Of a stretch of 64,000 nt of DNA, positions 43,501-51,879 are shown in pieces; position 1 is the first letter of the stretch, and the number at the start of each line of letters is the position of its first letter. The stretch comes from Methanobacteriota archaeon (GTDB lineage: Archaea > Thermoplasmatota > Poseidoniia > Poseidoniales > Poseidoniaceae), in assembly GCA_949514915.1 (NCBI GenBank), contig CATFLP010000104.1, positions 2,480 to 66,479 on the forward strand, given 5' to 3'. Below the pieces are notes generated by a model, which saw only the letters and a list, made by a program, of their open reading frames with translations, was not told the origin of the DNA and did no database searches. A program made the position numbers and the translations under genes.

Positions 43501-43551
43501 AATGTAGGTAAAGGCGGTAGGGAAGATCCCTCTCCTGAGATAGAAGCCTAG
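34579..43551 (+). CDS. Giant surface protein: Ca-binding TSP3-like repeats, transglutaminase-like domain, Ig-like repeats, TM and DUF4129-like tail
   Basis: Many DxDxDG..DxxE repeats over roughly the first 750 aa. LYWRVNTYDNYTGGGY is TgpA-like. TGc core: GTCSDFVTVFVTMARLAGIPARKVSGF..WAEF..GWIPIDP. C-terminal ETVREF...FEEARYS. Confidence 0.88.
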   Translation: MISYTEIQSGRAKENEINLLIIKQRRSIFMIILLLGVTFATIQFASWQAMASSDQDGDGLITSIEYLLNTQIQNWDSDGDGLPDGWEWKYGLNPLSASVGDDGQTGDPDGDQLTNLQEYNYGLPPNWDNSNTPDVLDNGVWWNGTVPVNNWNEEDALQYNQPGCGDSGADGVGGVILCDEDPVGDICSDGFDNDHDGQIDAQDSDNDGDAVCGSNDDDGDGLIDEDPYGWDTDADGLSDGWEVANGLDPTDPTGNNGAQGDPDGDGMINIYEYINPSWDTQCNAADCFWPAPSHYAPSDVMTGTESPCNPVTGDGPNGCANLVAEVDGNTQTNPNNPDTDGDSISDGDEVTIWLTDPTEADTDGDGLTDGVEINSGYGNPAQATDPRNNNTDGDAWDDGDEDVNFNGQIDGNESDPTRREDTGDFDEDGIDNWEENLTCTDWNNADTDYGGVLDGDEVNPLHGTDPCDSLVDEVSTILSWGSATLTLSDASAFNPNGGKGWYQSTSGILTEFDYAAKVGNQLNNVNVAPSGGDIVLAKDGSWCRMDAEADGTIFTTRQYCDDDFYDTDGDGLADWQERTAFFGYFSNHTNVDSDGDGQNDYDEVMGATDPLIACENSLDADNDGVNDYFETTTGCNLVYIGVLSGGNDNYVTDPLIFDTDNGGVSDYQEYFDGTNPEDDPSDDINPQDTDGDGIPDSIENLTGTDWRNPDTDGGGMSDYAECPPQFWATLCNGSNYDPFDPTDDVTDENVVFWANTTSNLLDRDSTLYWRVNTYDNYTGGGYGIDASSHPSQLMSPNYLNTTWIADSTYSNGTISWNMAYNSPISNGLTVPMPHNWEALDIWSDPTSKLERWDRVSTVTADGSPLFELTTQAKQLWYEEADLDDSEPHIPSSLELNLPSYFSDGVSNESIVDTITQEVIADSGETSGFGMAFALAEYLRQGNETLFYQINYNGSGVDPSDDIVWHILNNSKEGTCSDFVTVFVTMARLAGIPARKVSGFMNGEQTTDGYEVSSTNAAVWAEFHLRSVSTGADLGWIPIDPCPQPLEIELVNMTYIPDTWDRDGLTNITIEGDLVYSSNGTGIDGNTVRGYLAQAPQDPEASVTTDSSLLVGTATVTNATGHFIITGVPAEAVMPGFQKIVVVNSAEEYIPPRIHEYPGHINVTDDSVLVHTSSTSIGQGATTDFSGTLNFENIPLLDVSEMANLTVQLDYTSQVSGAESVTTEVGKGGEWSFSLTLDPSEPLGPLQFTVSFLGWEDPDETYPGSPIHLRASSIIVNATVSLAPDVQGTVEGHEVNSSRLLVGNYVYVNGTANSAGANPSPMDGLLELGIRANGSGLDYLVVFNQSVNGSFSISYLLNASSINIPAGLIDVRLRFYPTTLDTTDDADLGDEYLLRSYLTFEIYATPQMRGSDANVAVTAKDHRGISTDLDLTGTFNHFFDSALVNTSVDPLSNPIPVNWATLSSMLPGDYVFETNFGGSELYEASSSQEFIRIQGYAALQVSLSSNWIHIGDVGYLTGQLIDEDKSPPGPITGNATEIILQILEQEQLKDTIIGNGTVDVNTGEFNISFMMPSGLSAGAYLFSVTPSGLIEPEYYIMPRAINVTVGLESEFKLEVADSEGDPVNGANVLNAPLSGDLEFGVFAIDIGNNSRVSDRTIHAVFDWNGSQQALPDEVTQTWNIPDGRGGFTTEAGSANFTWTIPGGTAPGTYILRIYIDDDVSDLISDIDPARWIGNETFVDVTIQVPSAVVIDWIQPEVTAGAFFSVSGHVEDGDDNTRVFNGPISLKVYFLTDEDEQLITTYVTNATGWFNISSPTDSSLDGVSSGDRIVVVEVINGSNIYYLPSSDQASIHVTGVSAFVELNHSNPIIINRGETLEVFSKLVETSATCSACAFDTPIDVRQKNKPVYFLFDETWLPGQVTNSTGEVGFSYQIPFDQPLGTVVLTLYYNGSNDVHPTTRNLPSTIIRSVTILVMDPIVENPMAGGTFNLSGTIESDNGTSLMNRNGVPLLAQVQITMDGQSIQYVDGQINANGTWYANVYVEPTTPAGTHEIRVAYNPQVPFYINSSVFDTIDIRGYAVIDFLEPGNLQNADSKDRGTSVDVVVRVFDNAGQPVPNALVNVDLLTTSETGTLITNASGLGEVTINIPQDVNPGIFTLFASWPGNVQTIGSTGIEGGNSSVNFVVLAHTELTLDSVEGSMIVGENIWVNGTLLDDVGNPLLGVDGLAAGGLVRLYIDNLPIATSISDGNTGLYSIEYELPEWMSAGSHSMRVEFSGGFLWVAPYANGDSVNPEYYWNSSYPSPDQEFDVFVPTEVVVITPQGSQVDRGSDLIINGTLVDIQNRELGGRTLQIFVGANDGTPDYFVSTNEYGIFTISLRVPDDQPLGELDITIRFDGDDFNLSSESISKWYVYATTSVSIDELSPQTLGDNITITGLIIDNLEESLDQHQLRITLDGVEIGIINSSSDGSWTFDWVIPPGTNWGEHTIGVRAPNQGYYRESYAETSLFVAHRSSLEYSLEQESVVRGESWNLSGILYDADDLSKIGLGNETLTVYLDGVLQPQSIQTESDGSWTYYLPVDMSLERGKHTILVEFAGTITHVGSSQEVEVTAWSEVNIQFTELSSEYVVRGSDEFPIEIYGEISEIGGNNYKFSNLSLSLLTEDGTLISSQLNWTVIGTQLFYISAIAPTTLSPGNLVLVVEFSGSDEEYLVSNSNNLTMLLKVDATFEMDLETIVLGEREDIYGNITVTADDTSQPLEGISVILTLGNETGNLITRTLITNEFGVAEINLENTPPYSDTTSFGTVELELTSDDSRISNKSLVTLQAKVPNSLIYQSVEVESGPSGFVWASLVSLVVLAGVGIMWYRKRKQDVLDEIASIFSYTAELLAHGDEIRESVFHCYEDLCRVLTKHGYLRRDFETVREFEMALRSALPIRENFLIELDNVFEEARYSRHEMNTQDALRAQSALEGVQSELVRMNVGKGGREDPSPEIEA
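34735..36810 (+). repeat. Array of degenerate Asp-rich calcium-binding (thrombospondin type 3-like) peptide repeats
   Basis: Recurrent D-T/S/P-D-G-D-G-x-x-D-x-x-E...T-D-P units in translation, seen as recurrent GATACAGATGG/GATGGTGATGG DNA motifs. Confidence 0.8.
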
Positions 43552-44021
43552 AATGTAATATTCAATTGTTCAGCATTCCAATTTGCTACAGGTTCATTTG
43601 CAACCTTAGGTAATAGGAATGTACGTTGTATTACTTCATCATCTGTTTTTGAATGATTAATTGAAAGTTTAATGGCCCAATTTGATTCAATATTTGTATA
43701 CTCTATGTTGATTTGATTTTGGTTAATTCCTTTGAATGGAAGTGAAAGTGAATTACTGCTCACAAAACCATTAAACTCATTTACAAATGATTCGAGAGAG
43801 ATTATTTTTTGACTTTGATTCGTATGTTCTGGTATTTTTCCTGAAATTTCAGAAATATGGTTTTGATTGGCAATAGCTTCTGTAAGGTGTTGTGCTTGTT
43901 CAAAAAAAGCAACATGTAAATCTTCAGGAGATGTAGATAGACTATTGATGTTAGGCTTCAAATCTTTAGTTTCTTCAGATTTCTGAGAACTAATGTCTAG
44001 TGGCTTCCATTCAGTCCCCAT
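43548..44021 (-). CDS. Hypothetical protein
   Basis: 157-aa ORF with a GGAGG RBS, directly downstream of the helicase gene. Confidence 0.65.
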   Translation of the reverse strand: MGTEWKPLDISSQKSEETKDLKPNINSLSTSPEDLHVAFFEQAQHLTEAIANQNHISEISGKIPEHTNQSQKIISLESFVNEFNGFVSSNSLSLPFKGINQNQINIEYTNIESNWAIKLSINHSKTDDEVIQRTFLLPKVANEPVANWNAEQLNITF

Positions 44022-44046
44022 ACTTTATCCTCCAGATGGTGTCATT

Positions 44047-46026
44047 TCAACTTCTCGATTGTTTTTTAGAAAAGAACCTTGCAAGATACCTTCTAGTCAT
44101 TTGACTATCACTACATGTTAATGGACTAAAATTTGAGGGATGACACCCCCGATATGTATGGTCAAGATGTCTACTATCTAATAATACGATAAATGCTCTA
44201 TCATCACTAGACCTTATTGGCCTCCCCATTGCTTGTATTACTGAATTTACAGCGGGTTGGATTGAACCATATAACCATCCTTTATTTCTTCCAAATTTTG
44301 TTTCTAAAAATTCTCTTAATGCATCTGAAAAAACACTTGGGGGTGCAACAGGTATGCCAATACATATTACGGCTTCAAGAATATTATTTTTGTAATCTAT
44401 TCCTTCTGATAGTTTGCCACCAAAAACTCCTGCAAGAATTACTTTTTGCCCACTTTTCTTATATTTCTCTAAGTCGGGTATGATTTGATCTACTTCTGAT
44501 TTCTTCCATTCTGAAGTTTCTTTAATCACAATTCTATTTGGCCAGCCCTCAGTGTCAATAAATTCGTCTAATTGCCTATAGCTTGGTGCAAAAACAGCTA
44601 TGTGTCCTGGAGTTTCCTTTGCTACAGCATAAATATGTTCACAGATTTTACGTGTGTTTTCTGGCCCTCTTTGTTTAAATCTAGTTGTTACGTCAGTAGC
44701 AATTGAAATTGGTTTGTTGTGGCTTTCAAATGGTGATGTGTATTCCTTGCAAGTTACTTCTCTAAGAGATGATAGTCCTAATATGTCTGAATACATTTTT
44801 GGAGGATAGAGTGTGCCTGACATTAGTATTGATCCTGCAGATTTTGAGAATATTGGTTTTGAAATTTCACTTGGGTCTAAAAGATGTGATGATAATCTTC
44901 CACTATGTTCATTATTGAATACAAGAACTAATCCTTTTTTATTTTGAAATCTAATTATTGTTTCAAATAATGCTGAAATTCTCCAACAGTTTAGTTCTTT
45001 TTCATTTGAATCCTCTTTTTCTACTGTGACATTTTTTAGCATACTAGATAATCTTGAAAGTGCTGTTTCAGGGGAATCATCCCATTCATTTGAAATCAAG
45101 CAATCTAGTGTAATTTTTAGAAATTCAGATGTATTTATTCTTATTTCATTTTTGCCAGGATCTACTTTACTTCTCCATTCATTAAATTTATTATTCATGA
45201 CCTTTTCAAATTTTTTAAATGTATTTATGCCCCATTTCCAAGAATCATGAGCATTTTCACCACCCATTTCATCAATAAACTCTTCAAGTTCAAATCTTGC
45301 GAATTGAAGAATTCTTGTAGTCAATCTTCTTTCAAGACCTGTTCTTATTCTACTAGGGAGGTTATGTGCCTCATCAACGATTATTATTGAGTCTTCAAGA
45401 TTAGCACCTAATGCTGGAAGTGAACTTTCCCTTACTGCATCTATGAATAGGTGATTGTAGTCACAAACTATGATGTCTGCACTTTTTGCAGCATTTCGTA
45501 AAACTTTCCATGGGCAAAGAACTCTATTTCTCGCCTTTTTTATAACTTCATCAACATGTAAGGGATGTTCAAGGATTATTTCTGTTAAATCATCATATCC
45601 CATTTTTTTAAGATTACCAGGTAATCCAGATTCACAATTACATTTCCCTGTAAATGAATCTAATTCCAAGCACATTGAATGTCTGCCAATGAGGTCAACA
45701 CAACTGATGTTTTGAAAATCTAGAGAATTATTTATTGTCCTAAGTGTTTCAATTACAATTTTATGTTGTGATTGCCTGCCAGTCAAGAAGAAAATTTTTT
45801 TGTTAGGTGAATTTGAAATTATTTCTAATGAAGCGGCTAATGCTGCTGCAGTTTTCCCAATTCCAGTCGGTGCTGCTGCTAGATGGTGGCCTCCATTTTT
45901 TAATGCATTAATAGAATCTCTAAGCATTTCTTTTTGCCCATCTCTAAGTTTTTGATGGGCAAAGAATGCAGTTAGTTCTACGCTATTATCTTCTACCACA
46001 AATGAACGGCAATGTCGATTGACCAA
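44047..46026 (-). CDS. xpd: XPD/Rad3/DinG-family Fe-S DNA helicase
   Basis: Q motif (RDGQ), Walker A APTGIGKT, Fe-S cysteines (SMC, CNC, LCPW), DEAH, SGT, SEGIDY and QAMGRPIR. The exact start is uncertain. Confidence 0.92.
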   Translation of the reverse strand: MVNRHCRSFVVEDNSVELTAFFAHQKLRDGQKEMLRDSINALKNGGHHLAAAPTGIGKTAAALAASLEIISNSPNKKIFFLTGRQSQHKIVIETLRTINNSLDFQNISCVDLIGRHSMCLELDSFTGKCNCESGLPGNLKKMGYDDLTEIILEHPLHVDEVIKKARNRVLCPWKVLRNAAKSADIIVCDYNHLFIDAVRESSLPALGANLEDSIIIVDEAHNLPSRIRTGLERRLTTRILQFARFELEEFIDEMGGENAHDSWKWGINTFKKFEKVMNNKFNEWRSKVDPGKNEIRINTSEFLKITLDCLISNEWDDSPETALSRLSSMLKNVTVEKEDSNEKELNCWRISALFETIIRFQNKKGLVLVFNNEHSGRLSSHLLDPSEISKPIFSKSAGSILMSGTLYPPKMYSDILGLSSLREVTCKEYTSPFESHNKPISIATDVTTRFKQRGPENTRKICEHIYAVAKETPGHIAVFAPSYRQLDEFIDTEGWPNRIVIKETSEWKKSEVDQIIPDLEKYKKSGQKVILAGVFGGKLSEGIDYKNNILEAVICIGIPVAPPSVFSDALREFLETKFGRNKGWLYGSIQPAVNSVIQAMGRPIRSSDDRAFIVLLDSRHLDHTYRGCHPSNFSPLTCSDSQMTRRYLARFFSKKQSRS

Positions 46027-46065
46027 AAGGTTTCTTAATATTAGGTCAAAAATATTGTTCTTTTA

Positions 46066-46260
46066 CTAGCATGCTGGTGGTGGACCACCGCTAGGTCCAC
46101 CTCCGCTGGGGGGAGCGGAGGTGGTTGCCGGGGTTGAATCTGAATTTTCTCTTGCGTTTTTTGAACGGGTTAGCAGCCAAGAGAAATTAATACCGCTAGG
46201 GCGAGAAGAAGGAGGGGCTTCATGCCCCCCCGACTCTCTTTCGTGCATCCCATCTCCCAT
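46066..46260 (-). CDS. Small Pro/Gly/Ser-rich peptide (64 aa), putative
   Basis: GGAGG RBS 7 nt before ATG 46260, right after the RHH gene stop. The region is unusually GC-rich and forms hairpins. Confidence 0.5.
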   Translation of the reverse strand: MGDGMHERESGGHEAPPSSRPSGINFSWLLTRSKNARENSDSTPATTSAPPSGGGPSGGPPPAC

Positions 46261-46275
46261 TTGGCTTCCTCCTGT

Positions 46276-46650
46276 TCAAATTTTGTATGAACGGTGTTTA
46301 CTGATGTCATCAACAGCATCTTGTGCTCTCTCTTCCAGTTTTGCCGTAAGATCATCTATCTGTTCTACAGATTTATTTAGATAATCGTGGAGTGCTATTT
46401 TTATTATTGAATTAGGGTCATTACCTGTGATTTGATAAAGTAATCTAAGTTGCTTTCTTACTCCTGCACCTAATACAAGACTAACTCTTTCTTGACCTGG
46501 TAATTCTGGAGAATCTGTAAGATATGAACCTAAAGCTTTACGAAGTAAATCGCTTCTATTTCTAATTCCTTCAAGTCCAATTCTTTGATCTATTGATGCT
46601 AATTCATCATCAGATAATCTTAGGCTGATTAGGTTGCTATTGCCGCTCAT
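46276..46650 (-). CDS. CopG/MetJ-type ribbon-helix-helix DNA-binding protein
   Basis: LISLRLSDDELASID...NRSDLLRKAL, a possible second RHH unit (RVSLVL...IIKIALHDYL) and a GAGGAG RBS. Confidence 0.85.
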   Translation of the reverse strand: MSGNSNLISLRLSDDELASIDQRIGLEGIRNRSDLLRKALGSYLTDSPELPGQERVSLVLGAGVRKQLRLLYQITGNDPNSIIKIALHDYLNKSVEQIDDLTAKLEERAQDAVDDISKHRSYKI

Positions 46651-46683
46651 ATCGTACTCCTCTAATCTGTGGAGTATAGAGGC

Positions 46684-46807
46684 AGTATATATACTTTGTA
46701 TTACGTTACGTATTACTTTTGAAATACAAAATAGATAAAAACACGTTTTTTTTAATAATTTATTAAATAATTAACAATAATATGCTTTTTTGTAATACGA
46801 GTAATAT
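46684..46807. promoter_or_regulatory. AT-rich divergent promoter region with a TATA palindrome and GTATTAC/GTAATAC repeats
   Basis: AGTATATATACT at 46684-46695, GTATTAC at 46698 and 46710, inverted GTAATAC at 46792 and GTAATAT at 46801. Confidence 0.5.
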
Positions 46808-46919
46808 TTGTGTAAATGTAATGTTCAAATGTATTGGATATTTATTATTAGTATTGAAAATCACATTTTTCATTAATTCCTATCGCGTGAATAATAAGTA
46901 TGGTCAGTGACGCATATCT

Positions 46920-47360
46920 ATGGTGTTTAATCCAAAGCGTTCAAGATATCTGTATTACATAACTGTAGAAACTGCACTAGATGATGGTATTATTACTGGT
47001 GATGAATCTCAAATATTATCTATACTTGCAAAATCATTAGATATTGATGAAATCACTCAAAATGAAATCTTAGGAATCTTGAGAGAGGGCAAAGATTCTC
47101 CCGAATTTGATTACGAGGTAGTCGAGGAACCAGGAATTGGTGAAGCATCAGCATATCAATCAGCATTAATTGGAGCACTAGATGATGATGTAATAACAGA
47201 TGATGAATGGGCATTATTAGATATCTTAAGAGAATTAATGTCTATTCAACCAAATCAACATTCAATGATTGAAGAGTCAGTAAGATCAAGGTTGATGGGT
47301 TTAGGGGAAAGTGAAAATTTACTTGAAAAATTAGATAGATTTTTATCACGTGGCATTTAA
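46920..47360 (+). CDS. Hypothetical protein with two TerB-like internal repeats
   Basis: ALDDGIITGDESQILSIL and ALDDDVITDDEWALLDIL duplicated units. Confidence 0.7.
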   Translation: MVFNPKRSRYLYYITVETALDDGIITGDESQILSILAKSLDIDEITQNEILGILREGKDSPEFDYEVVEEPGIGEASAYQSALIGALDDDVITDDEWALLDILRELMSIQPNQHSMIEESVRSRLMGLGESENLLEKLDRFLSRGI

Positions 47361-47421
47361 TCGAAATAATGGGTTTTTGTGTGACAAACATTACAAGCAT
47401 AATTTGGCTGGAGTCCTTTAA

Positions 47422-48786
<1,365 letters not shown>

Positions 48787-48805
48787 AGTATCTAAGAGTT
48801 AGAAG

Positions 48806-49324
48806 TTATGAAAACCAAGGGTGTTTTCCAAAGTGATTTCTTGGTACACTTTCTCCAGTCTTTGAATAATGCTTGAATCCAGATAATACTGATTTTAGGT
48901 AGTTTCTTAAACGAGGTTTAACCCACAAAATGTGTGGGATATAAGCCAATATTTTGGGGAGTTTTGCCAGTATGAAAGGATAAACTGCGATTGTTAATTT
49001 TGAACCATCAACTTGCTTCTCAATTTCCCAAATTACGAAAGACTGAGCTCCATTTTCCTTGCCGATTAGCAAAGTGTAACCTTTCCCTTCTTCCCAAGTC
49101 TGAAAATTTCTGATATATTTTCTTCCGTTAAGATATACCAATTTGTCACTATGATTTTCTTCATCCCAAGAAATAATTTCATTAGTCTTGCAAAATGGAT
49201 GAGATGAATTTAGATTTCCAGGTTCACTGATTAATTCCCACATTTTTTCGATACTTAATTGATAATCCATCGAATAAGAAACACTGTATCTTTTTTTATA
49301 ATTACTAATTTCCAAGTAAAACAA
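48806..49324 (-). CDS. SRPBCC/START-like protein
   Basis: WELISEPGNL..HPFC, WEEGKGYTL and a C-terminal helix fit the SRPBCC fold. Confidence 0.6.
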   Translation of the reverse strand: MFYLEISNYKKRYSVSYSMDYQLSIEKMWELISEPGNLNSSHPFCKTNEIISWDEENHSDKLVYLNGRKYIRNFQTWEEGKGYTLLIGKENGAQSFVIWEIEKQVDGSKLTIAVYPFILAKLPKILAYIPHILWVKPRLRNYLKSVLSGFKHYSKTGESVPRNHFGKHPWFS

Positions 49325-49335
49325 CTCCGTTTAAC

Positions 49336-49575
49336 TCAGATTGCTGTAGGAGCAACGTGATCTCCAGATTTGTCTTCAGAGGAATTAATTCTATTCCATA
49401 CACTACTCATTAGATAATCATGACATTTTTTGCAGTACCTAAATTGTCTATATGCTTCTCTAAATGAATATGCTTTTTTTCCTGTAGCTACAAGATAACC
49501 CTCAGGAGATAGCCTACTAACAACTTCACCATTATCATCGCATCCAATAACATCGCAACAAGGTTCTCCGGACAC
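49336..49575 (-). CDS. Small Cys-rich (probable zinc-finger) protein
   Basis: CCDVIGC...YCKKCH in a 79-aa ORF with a GTG start. Confidence 0.55.
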   Translation of the reverse strand: MSGEPCCDVIGCDDNGEVVSRLSPEGYLVATGKKAYSFREAYRQFRYCKKCHDYLMSSVWNRINSSEDKSGDHVAPTAI

Positions 49576-49613
49576 ACTACGATGAAAACGGGGTACGATA
49601 AGAAACCTTGTAT

Positions 49614-50015
49614 CTATTCCTCATCATCTTCTGCTTTAATGACAATTAATGGGATATTTGCATCTACAGAAACTCCTGGAGAACAATTTATTTCGCTTAC
49701 AATTCCAGAAATTGGTGCATTAATTTCATTTTGCATTTTCATTGCTTCAAGTATCATACATACCTGTCCTTCTTCAACCTTTGAACCTAATTCTACTTCT
49801 ATAGTGACAACTTTGCCAGGAATTGATGAAGATATCGTACCACTTTTTTTACCACTTTTAGCAGATCTTTTCCTTGGAGCATTACTTACTTGCCCTTCTG
49901 GTAATTTAATTTTATACAAATTTCCATTTACAGTTACATTATAATAATCAGATTCAGATTCTATATGTACATTAAATAATTCTCCGTCTACTTCGATTTC
50001 ATATTCGTCGCTAAT
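49614..50015 (-). CDS. Biotin carboxyl carrier protein
   Basis: EAMKMQNEI biotinylation motif. The frame extends upstream of the TTG call (SDEYEIEVDGELFNV...NVTVNG) to ATT 50015, behind GGAGGTGA. Confidence 0.9.
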   Translation of the reverse strand: MSDEYEIEVDGELFNVHIESESDYYNVTVNGNLYKIKLPEGQVSNAPRKRSAKSGKKSGTISSSIPGKVVTIEVELGSKVEEGQVCMILEAMKMQNEINAPISGIVSEINCSPGVSVDANIPLIVIKAEDDEE

Positions 50016-50019
50016 GAAA

Positions 50020-50199
50020 TCACCTCCAAGTTGTTCGAGAATTTTTCGTTTCTCTAACGCCTCTTAATCCCATGACTTTTCTTCTATGTTCAAAAGCCCA
50101 TTCATTTTTGTTTTGTCTTCCTTGATAGAATTTGTTATCATCTTTTTTGATATGTAATAATAATGCAGTGATTGCAGCAACTTTTTCCTTTTTTATCAT
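50020..50199 (-). CDS. Small acyl-CoA carboxylase accessory (epsilon/PccX-like) subunit, 59 aa
   Basis: Manually translated as MIKKEKVAAITALLLHIKKDDNKFYQGRQNKNEWAFEHRRKVMGLRGVRETKNSRTTWR. It fills the gap between the carboxyltransferase and BCCP genes. Confidence 0.75.
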   Translation of the reverse strand: MIKKEKVAAITALLLHIKKDDNKFYQGRQNKNEWAFEHRRKVMGLRGVRETKNSRTTWR

Positions 50200-50208
50200 A
50201 ATAACAAC

Positions 50209-51762
50209 TCATAAGGGTATATTTCCATGCTTTCTTTCAGGTCTATTCTCTTGTTTATCCATAAGCATGTTTAGTGCAAGGCACAATTTTTTCCTTGTTT
50301 CATTAGGATTGATTACATCATCAATATATCCTAAAGCAGCAGCACGATATGGATTTGCAAATGTATCTCTATAATCATCAACCAATCTTGCTCTTTCTTC
50401 TTCTGAATTTCTTGCTGAATTAATACGTTTTTTGTGAATTATTTGAACCGCACCGTCTGCACCCATTACTGCAAGCTCAGCACTAGGCCATGCAATATTG
50501 TAATCTCCTCTGATATGCTTTGAACACATCACATCATATGCTCCTCCGTATGCTTTTCTTAGAATTACTGTGAGTTTAGGTACTGTAGCCTCTGAAAATG
50601 CAAATAATAATTTTGCACCATGTCTGATAATTCCACCCCATTCTTGAGATGCTCCAGGGAGGAACCCTGGTACATCTTCTAAAGTAAGTAGTGGTACATT
50701 AAAAGCATCACAAAACCTTACGAATCTCGCTGCTTTGTTTGATGCATCAATATCTAAACAACCTGCTAAAAACATTGGTTGATTTGCTATAACCCCTACT
50801 AAGTTCCCATTTAAATGAGAGTAACCAATTACTATGTTCGGTGCCCATTCTGATTGGACTTCTAGGAATGCACCATCATCTACTATTGATGAAATGACAT
50901 CTTTAACATCATATGGTTGACTTGGATCAGAGGGTACAATATTGATTAAATCATCACAAAGCCGGTTAGGGTCATCTTTTGATTTTTTGGATGGAGGTTT
51001 CTGAAGATTATTTGCAGGTAATATTGAAATTAATTCTCTGGCAATGTTTATTGCATCTTCATCATTCTCAGCAATGAAATGAGAAACTCCAGATTTACTA
51101 CTGTGTGTTGATGCACCACCAAGATCTTCAAAACTAACAATTTCATTTGTTACTGTTTTGATAACTTCAGGCCCAGTAATGAACATGTGTGAGGATTTGT
51201 CAACCATTACTACAAAGTCAGTAATTGCAGGAGAATATACAGCACCTCCTGCACACGGACCCATGATTAAACTAATTTGGGGGATGACTCCACTTGCTCT
51301 CACATTCCTAAAGAAAATTTCAGCATAACTTCCAAGACTTGCCACTCCTTCTTGTATTCTAGCTCCTCCACTATCATTTAATCCAATTACAGGAACTCCT
51401 GTTTTTAGTGCCATGTCTAATACTTTACAAATTTTCAATCCATGCATTTCTCCAAGAGATCCACCATAAACAGTAAAATCTTGTGCAAAACAGTAAATTG
51501 GTTTCCCTCCAATTTTACCATGGCCAGTAACAACCCCATCTCCAGGAATAATATTTTTATCCATGTCAAAATCTCTACATCGATGTTCTACTAATGAATC
51601 AATTTCATGGAATGTGCCTTCATCTACTAATAATTCCAGTCTTTCTCTAGCAGTTAATTTCCCTCTTTTATGCTGTGCTTCAACTCTAGCAGCTCCTCCA
51701 CCAGCCTCAGCTCTTGCTTTGCGAGCACGCAAATCGGATAGTTTCTCATCGTTAGGTGGCAT
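50209..51762 (-). CDS. pccB: Acyl-CoA (propionyl-CoA) carboxylase carboxyltransferase subunit
   Basis: [43 protein letters not shown] and KHGNIPL. Start ATG 51762. Confidence 0.95.
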   Translation of the reverse strand: MPPNDEKLSDLRARKARAEAGGGAARVEAQHKRGKLTARERLELLVDEGTFHEIDSLVEHRCRDFDMDKNIIPGDGVVTGHGKIGGKPIYCFAQDFTVYGGSLGEMHGLKICKVLDMALKTGVPVIGLNDSGGARIQEGVASLGSYAEIFFRNVRASGVIPQISLIMGPCAGGAVYSPAITDFVVMVDKSSHMFITGPEVIKTVTNEIVSFEDLGGASTHSSKSGVSHFIAENDEDAINIARELISILPANNLQKPPSKKSKDDPNRLCDDLINIVPSDPSQPYDVKDVISSIVDDGAFLEVQSEWAPNIVIGYSHLNGNLVGVIANQPMFLAGCLDIDASNKAARFVRFCDAFNVPLLTLEDVPGFLPGASQEWGGIIRHGAKLLFAFSEATVPKLTVILRKAYGGAYDVMCSKHIRGDYNIAWPSAELAVMGADGAVQIIHKKRINSARNSEEERARLVDDYRDTFANPYRAAALGYIDDVINPNETRKKLCLALNMLMDKQENRPERKHGNIPL

Positions 51763-51879
51763 GCTTTCATACCCCACAGTCAGCATACGCCTCATATTGA
51801 TTTTGTATGATAGTTATAAATTAATGCAAATAGGGGATATTCAAAGAAACTATTTGAAAGACCTTTACTTAGGCACAAC

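Noticed and set aside
31297-43551. tRNA-anchored genomic island or provirus containing the giant genes
   Set aside because: No integrase, no long tRNA-end direct repeat and no viral genes are present, and the giant genes lie on the 5' side of the tRNA.
46060-46275. GC-rich segment as SRP RNA or RNase P RNA
   Set aside because: I could not find the SRP helix 8 motif or the RNase P GAGGAAAGUCC / terminal P4 consensus on either strand, and the segment is short for either RNA.
46651-46919. AT-rich gap as a replication origin or dif site
   Set aside because: There is no adjacent cdc6/orc1, no ORB-like G-string boxes and no convincing Xer-binding palindrome.
49336-49575. CKKCH as a heme c attachment motif, i.e. 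the missing cytochrome c
   Set aside because: There is no signal peptide or TM, and an N-terminal Cys pair completes a zinc-finger pattern. The gene is also far from the Rieske operon.
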